Source: Veleropilina oligotropha (taxonomy: Eukaryota). Taken from it: a stretch of DNA of 64,000 bases. Every line of letters starts with the position of its first letter. Position 1 is the stretch's first letter. The stretch covers positions 62,001 through 126,000 of the forward strand of contig JBEUKZ010000078.1 in assembly GCA_048128005.1 (NCBI GenBank), written 5' to 3'. The notes below the pieces were generated by a model that worked only from the letters and a program-made list of their open reading frames with translations, searched no databases and was not told the DNA's origin. Positions 1 to 11,352 of the stretch are shown here, piece after piece. A program made the position numbers and the translations under genes.

Positions 1-189
1 ACGTCCGTGTACGTACGTACGGACGGAGCCGAATACTAGCGTCCCCCGCTTCGCTAAAGCGGGGACTAATAACAGGTGGTTTATTATTGAAACAAATGCT
101 CCACCTTTTACAAGCTGTATATGTGGGCATATATCTCGCTAGATTATACTTAATATATCTCGCTAGATTATACTTAGCTATTGCCTTAC

Positions 190-238
190 CTCTCCTTTCG
201 TGAGCTTCTCAAACATGTTCAGGAGGGTTCCATTGGTA
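190..238 (-). CDS. CHFR: CHFR E3 ubiquitin ligase, coding exon 3 (FHA domain); gene continues off the left edge
   Basis: AG..GT-bounded 49-nt exon reading (S)TNGTLLNMFEKLTKGE; phase consistent with exons 1-2; S-x-N-G-T motif of FHA domains. Confidence 0.8.
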
Positions 239-796
239 CTGAAACATATTAAGTGTCATATACCAGTACAGTGGAATCGCAACATTAATACAAATTGGTT
301 AATATATCCACATATCTTCAGGTAAACTAAAACAGATTGGAAAAGCTAATCGAACTATGTCAGATAGCTGTAGATAGCAAGCATTCATTGCTAACGAGTC
401 TACAGTATACAAGAACGACGCGTTCGGAAATGTCTTGACCTTTGTCTGCTTGGACCGTCTGTTGTATATTAGTGTACATTAAATATGATTATACAATCTA
501 ACATATTCATACGATATATTTATTTGCAACTCATGATTTTCTGACAGATGACAATTTAATTATATGACGTCACTAATTATGACGTCATAATTTAGTCGCA
601 CTATAATGACGTCATAATTTGGCTTAGTTACCATGGCAATTATGCTTATAAATGCCTATAAAAACGATAATTTACGAAATTTTGTAATGAAAGTTATATA
701 CCGGTACACGACCTACATATAGTCATGGGAATGTATATACCAATTTTGGTTAAAATTGGTCCAGTAGTTTTCAAATAAATCGACGGATATATATAT

Positions 797-1850
797 ATCG
801 GGTGGCCAATAAAAAACTTCCTGAACTTTAAAGGTTAATAACTTTGCAATGAACCACTATATATTGTTATGAAACTTCACACAAGTAAAAATTGTAATGT
901 TTTTAATATATTCTTAATGTTTCAAGTCTCTATATCACATACTTTTTCTGTAGTCGGATAAATATAAACAAACGTCAAAAACTGCAAGGGCAACGTCCAA
1001 AAAGCTGTATAGTTCTCTTATATTTACTGAAAGAAGTTATCAATATGGCCTCCATCTGCTTCAAAAACTGCTCTGAGTCTTTTTTCCAACTTGATAACGT
1101 AGTACTTCTAACGTCTCGAAGAGATATTTAGTCCCAGCATTTCTTCAGCCTCTTTTTTAGGTCATATTCATTAAACACATCTGTACGTCCTTCATACACT
1201 TTCTCTGACAGACTATTCCAAATGGAATAGTCCATTGGGTTAAGGTCTGGACTTTGGGGTGGCCACTCGTCGTTTTTTATGAACTCATCCACCGACTGAT
1301 CCAAGAAGGCTTGCGTAGACCTACTTGTGTGCGAAGTTGCCCCATCCTGTTGAAAAACAAAACTTCCATCAGGATAGAGCCGATGGCAATCAGGCAAGAG
1401 TCCCTTTTCTAATAGTTTTTGATAAGTCTCAGAGTTAACTTTCACTTTTTTGGTATCAATAAAGTGAACCTTCGTTTTCCCATTCCACGATACCCCTGCA
1501 GAAACCATTATTTTCTTGGTAAACCTTGATGTTTCATGGTACAGTCTTGTGGTGGATATATCCCCTTTCTTCCTTCCGTACACCCTATCATTTTGGTGGT
1601 TACGCGCCATCTCATATGTGAAGTCTTTCTCATCCGTAAAGACAAGTCTTTTCGCATCCTGTTTGGAATGCCTGCTGTATAACTTTTTTGAACAGGTCTT
1701 CCTTTTTTGCTTGACTGTTTATCCCGCCGTGAAACTTTTAAGCGTTTGAAAGATTTCCAATTCTTTAGTAATGTTCTGAACTGATGAGCGTGAAATTCCC
1801 AGATCTTTGGCAATTTGCCGCTGCAACTTATGCTTGTCCTCCTGCAGCAG
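797..1850 (-). mobile_element. Degenerate Tc1/mariner transposon of the DD37D (maT) type
   Basis: HTH-like RQIAKDLGISRSSV, then FTDEK, FQQDGA and SPDLNPMDY with 37 residues between 2nd and 3rd Asp; frameshifts and stops; one TA-flanked terminus-like sequence near 797, other end not found; boundaries approximate. Confidence 0.85.
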
Positions 1851-2317
1851 CTGGTGACGCGATAGGAAACAATTTTATATCGTATGTCGCTGTTATTTAT
1901 TGTTGATAGTTGTCCTAATAATTGTATTTATTTAATCAAAATTTTGGTAATACGGAACGAAAGTGTCAATATATAGCCTTCGACTAGGATTGATGTGTCC
2001 CGTAGTGATAAACACGGACCAGCTCTAATAGCATGGAAGTCTCCTAATTGATGGATTGGCAGGCGTAAAGGTGTTATCATTAGCACATTCGTTGATCGGT
2101 AATCAAGTCGATAAAGTCGGCCATTTTGTAAAACGTTTTCAACACCAAAGAGCGTTCATAAAGCGTGCAAAGCGTTTTTGAAAAATTTTTGCTGCAAAGT
2201 CGATCCTGAATGAATGGCGGGGAGACCTACCACAGCCTCTTTCCTGCTGGCCTCTGCACAAATCAACATCATAATGCATCTTGATGAAGACTGTTAGCTC
2301 TATATTAAGAAATGTCA

Positions 2318-2319
<2 letters not shown>

Positions 2320-2394
<75 letters not shown>
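2320..2394. repeat. (TA)n microsatellite
   Basis: Direct. Confidence 0.95.
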
Positions 2395-2397
<3 letters not shown>

Positions 2398-2720
2398 AAT
2401 TTAGCATTTCAAAGAATATAAATTCAAAAAATGTATAGGCAGGGTTGTCGGAAGTAAATTTCACTTGGTACGGTAAATATTATAAATCGGATGGTATCAC
2501 TCTGCTATGCAGTGACGTTATCTCAAATGTAAACAATAGCCCGTAACGTGCCAAAATATTGCCGGACTGGTTCCGACGCCCCTGATAGGTTGTAATTTCA
2601 TGAATATTTAAGCATCTGCATATTACAATAATAACAGGGAAACCAGCCACGATAATATGGTCATGCTCGAATATTGTAAAAATGGAACATTAAGCATGAA
2701 CTCAACCCAAGCAGTTTTAC

Positions 2721-2817
2721 CTGTTGTCGTAAAGCCAGACATCTCCGGAGTCATCTCTTTGCAGATAACAATGGCAGCCAGACACCAGCTTGTTGTCATG
2801 GAGACTTACATCACAAG
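2721..2817 (-). CDS. CHFR: CHFR coding exon 2 (FHA domain)
   Basis: 97-nt AG..GT exon reading CDVSLHDNKLVSGCHCYLQRDDSGDVWLYDNS, resembling vertebrate CHFR NKLVSGDHC. Confidence 0.85.
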
Positions 2818-3640
2818 CTGAAACAAACCGGTATCATAGTATTTAATGTCAGCATTTTACTGTGCACCTTATTTGGACTTCATAGATATTTCTTTCTATG
2901 CCAAAGAATTATCATACAAATATCAGTCTATTTATGACATAATGTGATACTGTCATCACACATAAGCGGCCTCGGCTGATGATTCCTTGGACATTCAACG
3001 AAGAAGTGTCAGATAACCCAAATTCGAGTCTAGCCAGTAATTCATTCTATCGTTTAAAATGAGGAAAGGCATATATGATGGTCAGATCGGAGTGGGATAT
3101 CATAAATAATTAGGTGTCTTGACTGAAATGTGATTGAAACATTGTCAAATGTGGTCTTAAATCAAAATTGTCAACCAACCAATTGAAACACAAATAGATC
3201 GCCGAATAGATCATGCTGTTGATAGAAATAAATAAATATGGACTTTCATAATGAATTGGCTTGGATCGATGCTTAATATCCTGTATATTTACAACCATCA
3301 GGTTCAAAGCAGGACATATGTCCATATTATCGTGGAACGAAAGCCCGGTCATCCGGGGAAACCCGCACTTGCAGCTTAAGGGTCTCCAGTACAGGGTTAG
3401 CTAACCCTGCTTACTAATACACTTACCCTAATGCCCATAGAATATACTCCTAAACCCTAATGCCCATATTGTACGGTCATGTCCATAAATCATGTCCAAA
3501 TTGGATATTTATCATGGGTATATGAACGAATAGTACCCTTGGGACCTTTAAACTGCAAACTACCCCGGACAATCATACCACAATTGGACCTAAATATACA
3601 TAGTGACCATACATTTTTATTTATTTGTAAGGAAATAAAC

Positions 3641-5343
3641 GGTTTCTGGAGGTTTCGCCCCAATCAAGTTCGCCCTATGCTAAAAATGTCCCAGGAGGTT
3701 TCGCCCCAACTCTAAAATCCGTACTTCAACAAGACAAAATATTACATAAATATAACGTATGACATTAAAACGCTTACTATTTATACACCTGCGCATATTT
3801 TTGCTGTTTTGGTTTACTCATCGTGTATAAATCGTTGTGTTAAAGATTGTAAAAAGTACGCTGATTATACGTCGCCATTTGCAAATAAAATATTTCTGTG
3901 TACAGTTTCCGTGTAATCTATTTTAATATTTTGAATACCATTCTACTTTATTATGAACTAATTGTCACTCACTTTTCATGCATACGCCAAAATAAAATGT
4001 AGTAATTTTATCCATACATATATAATTTTCAACGAAAATATTATATATTTTCAATGAAAATAAATTTATTTTGTGGGCTTCCTTGTTGGGTACTTCCATG
4101 GATTTAACAGTTAGTAATCATTGTTGCATGTTTATTTCCAATTGACCTAGTTGGAGCACAGTTGCGTTGCTTTTTGCTCGTAAAGTAAAATGGCTTTCTA
4201 CTTCACAATAACATATATGGATCTACCATGAATATGCATACTTGTATGTGTGTTTTAGCGATTTGCAGTAGTGGGGGGGGGGGGGGGGAGATAACAAGGA
4301 AGTATTTTGAATTAATTGTCACTCACTCATGCAAATAATTTATTTTCAAATGAAGTTATGTATTTATCGTATACATTTGATACTTATAACGAGCACGAAG
4401 TGTGAGCTCTATAGGTAACGTGTGTGTAGAAAATAATCAATGATCAACAATCTAGTGTACCCTTACCTTTCTGATTATTAGGACGGAAACGGGTTGCATG
4501 CTGGGATCGTTTAACGTTGATATGGGCCTTTTGCTTATGGGTATACATTTTATTTATTTGTCAAGCGTGTCAAACGTGAAGCGCTTCCACATTAAACATG
4601 CATATGACAGGCGCGCAGCGCCTGTCATAAATACTGAATTCTGCTGAAGTTTTAAAGCCAAGTCTCGGATATCCGTTAGCGGTGACGTCTTTGCCTTGAA
4701 TTCGCCAGTGTCGTCTTGGCAACGAGAAAATGATTCGGTAAATTCGCGGAGTTTACCGATCGATTCAAACTAAGAGAGTGTTGTGTACCTTATACGAATA
4801 AGTAACGGGCCCTAAGTAACGAACGTAATATACTAAACAAATACTTTAAATGGACGAGCCACAGCCATGTGCGCTTCGAGCCATACGCCGCTTCGATAAC
4901 ATAGGCATAGTGTCTGTGTGTCGACTAGGCGGTGCGCAATACAAGTAATTTCACCGGTGCACATAAATAAAATATCCGTTACAAAGAATATCGTTGCAAC
5001 CCAATACATCGCTCCTCAAGTTACAATATAAGTTTTACCATAACACAAAACTAAGACCATGGAGCGGTCAAAGTTCGGGATACATCGAGCCAATAGTGGC
5101 AATACAATTATGTCAATAAACTAGTTGAAAGAATTAATAATTTATTATTAAATTTTTAATAACAAAATTAAATATTAGTTTAAACTTTGTACCCGGTAAT
5201 TAGTTTTAATAATTATATGTATATATGTATCATATATATGCCATATCTGAGTGCTCGTTTCTAGGTAGCACCTACGACATATTAATTAAAATAATAAACT
5301 GGGGCGAAACCTCCACGACTTTGGGGCGAAACCTCCAGCTACC
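3641..5343. mobile_element. Non-autonomous TIR DNA transposon (possibly Sola-like) in CHFR intron 1
   Basis: Inverted termini GGTTTCTGGAGGTTTCGCCCC / GGGGCGAAACCTCCAGCTACC with repeated GGAGGTTTCGCCCC subterminal motif; no ORF. Confidence 0.55.
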
Positions 5344-5400
5344 AAATTATCTCCCCTTTAATCTTATACACAAGCAAACAAGTCAACATTCCAGCCTCAC

Positions 5401-5503
5401 TTGATGAACGACCGATGGAAAATCTATCCTTGCTAATGTGCATTGGTGGCGTGTCCGTGTCTGTTGTGCAGACAAGTTGACCCCACGCGTCTGCAGCGTC
5501 CAT
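5401..5503 (-). CDS. CHFR: CHFR coding exon 1
   Basis: ATG at 5503; MDAADAWGQLVCTTDTDTPPMHISKDRFSIGRSS (WG-x-L and IGR of the FHA N-terminus); donor GTGAG at 5400. Confidence 0.85.
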
Positions 5504-5651
5504 GTTGCTAGAAAAGTAACGCAAAAATGTATTTCGCAAGAGTTGTGTTGACTTGTCCAGTAGAAGCCATATTGTCACGTGACTACAATGTGCGCTTCCG
5601 TAGTTTTGAACTTTAATTGAACCCAGTGTGCGTCTCTCTCGATACTGAAAT
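5504..5651. promoter_or_regulatory. Candidate bidirectional promoter between CHFR and GSTT-a
   Basis: Only 148 bp between divergent ATGs; palindrome GTCACGTGAC 5574..5583, ACTACAA 5582..5588, CTTCCG 5595..5600. Confidence 0.7.
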
Positions 5652-5769
5652 ATGGCTCACCAACTAAAGTTGTACTATAACTTCATGTCGCAGCCAGCGA
5701 CATCGGTCTATCTCTTTTTAAAGATCGCTAAATTGCCGTTCATTGGGAAAAGTATTGCAATAAACAAAG
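5652..5769 (+). CDS. GSTT: Theta-class glutathione S-transferase (GSTT-a) exon 1
   Basis: MAHQLKLYYNFMSQPATSVYLFLKIAKLPFIGKSIAINK|G; catalytic Ser in SQP; donor GT at 5770; missed by the ORF track. Confidence 0.9.
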
Positions 5770-6865
5770 GTGCGACTTCGTCAAGTTCGTGCTCTAAAAA
5801 ATCAAGTAACAGAAATTGCTAGAAATGACATTGTGTTTCAACTTTGCACACTCGAAAATAATGCATCACATCATGTAAAGTGTATTCTAAATTAATTGTA
5901 TCAAATTTCGGGGATAGTATGGTTTAGGCATCGTTCAGCCGCCGCCGCAGAGATTTCTTGTGTGCACTACAGTGAAAAGTTCTAATCCGATTTGACTCAA
6001 ATTTGGTAAGCGCATTAGTTATTATTAGGACACGCCACCTAACGATTTCCGTCGGATTCAAGATGGCCGCCAAGTTTTCTTTGACGAGAATTCTACATTG
6101 AAAAGTTCTAATCCGATTTGATCCAAATTTGGTATGCAAGTTAGTTATGATGAGGACACACCGACTAACGACGATAGTCGTTGTTTTCAGATCAAAGATG
6201 GCTGCCGTGGTGGCCATTTTGTTTGGAGATATTTCATTTGTGCGCTTTACAGCGAAATATTTTAATCCGATTTGATTCAAATTTGGTATGCGTGTTTAAT
6301 AGTTATGATGACGACTAACGATTTTTTCTACCATGGGAGGGGATACATCCCCTCGACTTGCCGGGTCGAGGATCGATTCGCTAGTTAATTTAATATTGTT
6401 AATTCATATATTAATTTGATTTATTAGATTAAAATCTGTATACAAATTTAAAAATATAAACATAATAATAATGGACATTTATATTGCGCCGTATCCGCCC
6501 AGATCGCATGCTCACAGCGCTATCACATTATAATTACCCCTGGTTATCGGCCTGTTCTGATCTAGAACCCATCTCAACTCTCTTTGAGAGCATTACAGTC
6601 AAGCTGCCACTGACGGGTGCTACGACTAATTATCAAACGAACCAGGTACCCATTTAGGTCGGCTGGGTGAACTGATGCAAATATGTGCTTATTTCCTTGC
6701 CTAAGTGAAATCGTCGAGCTCGGGAGGCGAACCCTGGATTGTGAAATACCCACTGACCCACGACGGCACATATATATAGCTACAAACAATAAAACACAGG
6801 AGCGCACAAATAAAATATTTAAATTAGTACCTAAATTGCACATGTACATAGTGATTCTGCCTTAA

Positions 6866-7133
6866 AGGGGAACTTCCATGAATCAATGGTAAGAAAAACG
6901 ACAGCGCCTACTTTTTCTTAACCGAGGCTGCATGTACTTATGTAAATAATGTACAGTTCAACTCTCTACACTATAGAGTCGTGTTGTGGTGAAACCAAGC
7001 GACATCACCCTTATCGCGTAGAGAAGCCTGAAGGCATTCTGTAAAGTATACAGCATTGATCGAGAAAATGTGGGAGCTTTTTACCCTAGCTGTCTCTTTC
7101 CTCTCCGTAGATCCATTACATGCAAGTTCCCCT
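6866..7133. mobile_element. MITE, Kolobok-like
   Basis: TIR AGGGGAACTT(C/G)CATG at both ends, flanked by TTAA on both sides. Confidence 0.7.
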
Positions 7134-7961
7134 TTAACTTAAGCATCCGTAGCTAAATGACTTCATGAAAATATGAATATAACTACAACAATAAACCTAC
7201 AGTGTAAAGGTGACATTCCATATATGCGGAAATAGCCTCGGGTATCAGACAAATATCGAAATGGTCTTTTAATGAAGGAGAGCTTCCATCATTGCGGCAA
7301 CGGCATCCATCAAAAAGAATCGCCCCATGTAGCGATTAATGCCGTAGACTTAGGGTTACCGGATTGGGAATCCCACAATGTGACGGGCTTTAATTCCCAG
7401 TCTCAGTGTAGTGAACAAATAACTGTAGGTTCTCTCAACCGACACTCCGTTTCACCATGTCATCTAGCTTCTACGAGCAACAATAAATTGTTCTCTGTTG
7501 AAACTTCTCTCCAAGTTGATGTTCGTCAACCATTTTATAGTAACACCCCTTCTGTCGTCGTTTGAGCAGGATACTCACTGTATGCACTCGGCATGCATGC
7601 AGTGATGCTTTCTTAACTTCGTGTCTTTCAATTTCAACAGTTAAGAAGCGAGTCTTGTGATCAAGATTACATCTTGCTCCAACAAAAATTGCTGTATCAA
7701 ATTGTTCCATTCAATTCTGTGAGAGCTGGTCGACGGCCACAATTATGAAACTGCATGTGTTTGCCGTGTCTATGGAATCATGCATATCGGAAGCAACCGC
7801 ATGCCTGATTGCCGCATATATGAAATGTTAGCTTCAGCCTGTTAGTGTTACAAAAGTCCATGATGTCAAAATAATAACCGTTATTAATGCTTTTGACTAA
7901 TTTGTCTTTGTACCATTAAGTAATGTTTTCACTGTTAAATAAACTTATTATACAATTTCAG

Positions 7962-8049
7962 GGGAGCAATTTCAAGATGAATATTTGAAAATCAATCCAA
8001 TGCATAAAGTCCCTGTCCTCGATGACAATGGATTTATCCTGACGGAGAG
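7962..8049 (+). CDS. GSTT: GSTT-a exon 2
   Basis: 88 nt [34 protein letters not shown] (NP, KVP, LTES motifs). Confidence 0.95.
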
Positions 8050-8311
8050 GTAGACATTCATCCGGACAGTGTTTGCGAGAAGACCATTTGTGCATATTTT
8101 ATAACCACTTTAGACAAATCATATCCAGTCGAACGTTTTATCTACGTACAGTGAGAGGGCCATTCGGTAGTGTAGCGGATAAGAACAAATCCCAATTCAC
8201 TGGCTTGACTTCTCTATTCAACACGAGTGGATTCAAACCCTCAACTGGAAACTGCAGTTAACAGGCACAGTTGGCCATATAACTGGCCGGTGAGAGCATA
8301 CTGTAATACAT

Positions 8312-8604
8312 CAGGGGCGGGTCCATGGGGATCGGACCCCCCCCTTGACGGACCAAATGCCCTTTTGCCTTGGCCATTAAAAAACTCAATGTGTTAGATT
8401 GTGAAAAAAATGAAAAATTACCCATACATTTTAGTGAAAACAGTTCATAAATGTTGGTAAGAAATCTCGCTTTTGCCCTGTCAGAGTGCAGGAGAGGTTT
8501 CAGACTTGATTGTCAAAATTTTCTTTTGCGTGGGGGCGGGAACAGTTGATAGTATATTTTATGAAAGTTGGACCCCCCTTATCAAAATCCTGGATCCGCC
8601 CCTG
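8312..8604. mobile_element. MITE with CAGGGGCGG termini
   Basis: TIR CAGGGGCGG(G/A)TCCA; 5-bp duplication TACAT at 8307..8311 and 8605..8609; related copy at about 47108..47345. Confidence 0.7.
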
Positions 8605-8962
8605 TACATTGTCAGGCTTTCTCAAGCGACCACGCTTTCCTCTCTCAATAATATGGATATGTCCTTGTATGAACGGTCAACACGAAGGTTGTTAAAATGA
8701 AACATTGAGCATCGATCCAAATCCAAGAATGGGAAACATGATTTTAGCCATGCATCCGTTCTATTATAAGTTTTATGCAACTTGTCCTAACCCGAAGTTT
8801 AGAACCATGTCCTACCACACTGCGTTATTCCACATGTTCCATGATCTAACCTGTTATATTGACAGTTATTTGCTTAGTCTATACATTACGATTTTCTGTA
8901 ATGTCATTTAGTATTGCATATTTTGCGTTGTGATATCAATATCTTTGTTTTTGTCATTTCAG

Positions 8963-9113
8963 TGCTGCCATCTTGAAATATCTAGCAACACGTGATAGCG
9001 TTGATGGTCACTGGTACCCACAACCGCTGAAGGAACAGGCAAGGGTCGACGAGTTCATCAACTGGCACTCTGCGGACATGCGATATGCCTCCGTCAAAGT
9101 CTTTCTGGAACTG
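8963..9113 (+). CDS. GSTT: GSTT-a exon 3
   Basis: 151 nt AG..GT; AAILKYLA..HWYP..QARVDEFINWH. Confidence 0.95.
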
Positions 9114-11352
9114 GTAAATTATTTTAATAAATGTTTAGTTTGGATAACTTGGTTAATATGTGCTCAAATTATTTCAGGTTCACAATTATGATAGTACCTA
9201 TCCCAATAATCTTTATCCACGTAGATGAGATATTGGACTGTTGCTCTCTGATAATAATGCATTTCTTTCAATCAAAAGTGGAATGCAAAGATCAAATAGG
9301 ATCCTAGATCAATCGTATGATTTCCCGCGAAACATGGTCCGGATATTCTAGTGTAGGGGCATATGGAATGCCGTGTATTTTGAATGTTAATTTTTAATCT
9401 TTGCTATATGTAGTTACAAACATACTTACGTCCTTACTCTTGCCATAATAGTAATATTATCGCTAACCGGAAACAGTGAATAAGTCACATTATGCACTAT
9501 TAATAAGTCAAAAACGCAAAAACGTACCACGGTTACCTCCCCTGCTCCCCCTCCCCCACGTTCCCCCGCGAGATCTCGCCAAGTCTCGCGAGACTTCTGA
9601 ACCATAGAAGTCACAAGACCTCAATTCAAAGTTTTCCGCTGCCGCGGAAAGACGTTGTTTTGCTCCGCAAATATTTCGAAATAGGCGCCCGATTTCATGT
9701 TAAATCAGGACGCAATATATACTTATATAGATATAAGTAGTGGAATATAACCCTGTGTTGTGGATACAAGACACAAGTGAATATAAGAAGATTGTGATTC
9801 TCAAAACTTCGAGGAGTTCTGGAACATCAAGTAACCGACAGCGTCGCCGTTGCTAAGGAAAAAAGCATGGCCGCTTAGAGGGAAGTTTCGTGTGTAGCTG
9901 AAATTTCTGGTCGGTATATTTATCTGATATTGTTTGAGACTGCAAACAGGTAACTCATTATATTGGATAATTCCTTAACGACGCTATTTGCTGGTTATTA
10001 TTGTATAAAATTTCTAGCGTCGTTAATAGGCAGGACTGTTCTGATATTCCTTTAAGTTATTCTGATATCCTGCCGTTTCTGGGATAATACACCATTGTAC
10101 TAACATAAAAACATCCACGAGGTCTTTTCAGGTGTTTTTCTGGGCGGTTTTTTCTAAGAAAAAAAAAAAACCCGTTCTAGTCAATTGCCCGGGTTTTTTA
10201 CCGGGTCGTGTCGGGTAAATACCCGACCTCGGTGTTCCCAGTGCGGGGTTTTTTGCGTTTTTTGCGCTTTTGCGGTATATCGCTTGATCTTTGATCTTCA
10301 GATCAGGGCAATTCTAGGAGTTGTCGTAGTATAGTCACAACTACCATATATATACCTATATATAGTTACAAACATACTTACGTCCTTACTCTTGCCATAA
10401 TAGCATATTATCGCCCAAACCGGAAATGGTGAATATGTCCCATAATGCACCGTTATAAGCCAAAAAAGCACACGGTCACCTTCCCTGCTCCTACCCCCCA
10501 CGTTCCCTAGCGAGACTTCGCCAAGTCTCGTGAGACTTCTGAACAATAGAAGTCACATGACATCAATTCAAAGTTTTCCGCTGTCGCGGAAAGACGTTGT
10601 TTTGCTCCGCAAATATTTCGATATAGGCGCCCGATTTCACGTTAAATCAGGGCGCAGTTTCTGCTTATATAGTATATAAGTAGTGGAATATAACCCTGTG
10701 TTGTGGATCTAAAACACATGTGAATATAAGAAGAGTGATTCTCAAACTTCGAGGAAGTTCTGGACATCAAAGGAAACAGACATCGTCGTCAAGGACGCCA
10801 GTGGCCGTTAAAGAGGCCGCTTAGAGGGAAAATTTCGAGTGGTAGCTGAAATTTCTGGTCTGTATAATTATCTGATATTGTTTGAGACTGCAAAACAGGT
10901 AACTCATTATATTGGATAATTCCTTAACAACGCTATTTGCTGGTTATTATTATATAAAATTTTCTAGCGTTGTTAAAAGGCAGGATCTTTTGATATTAAG
11001 CTTGCGTTAATTTTCTGATATCCTGCCGTGGCTGGGATAATACGCCATTGTACTAACATAAAACATCCACGAGGTTTTCAGGTGTTTTTCTGGGCGGTTT
11101 TTTCGAGGAAATAACCTCCCTTTGTTTTAGTCAATTTGCCGGGTTACCGGGTCGGTCGGGTAAAATACCCGACCTCGGTGTTCCCAGTTCGGGGTTTTTA
11201 ATAACGGTATATCGCTTGATCTCTAATCTTCAGATCAGGACAATTCTGTGAGTTGTCGTAGTACTCCCTCCAAGGAAAGAAGTCTCAACTACCATATATA
11301 TACCTATTTATCTACCCCGTCTACCCACGTCCACCCTCCCGTGTATTTAGCT

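Noticed and set aside
7200..7760. Coding-looking segment in GSTT-a intron 1 (ORFs 7272..7565 and 7471..7710)
   Set aside because: No family recognised and frames are broken; possibly an old gene or transposon relic, needs blastx
11248..11352. 35-aa N-terminal extension of DIRS-B gag in the ORF track
   Set aside because: GTG start from the ORF caller; the ATG at 11353 aligns with the ATG of element C
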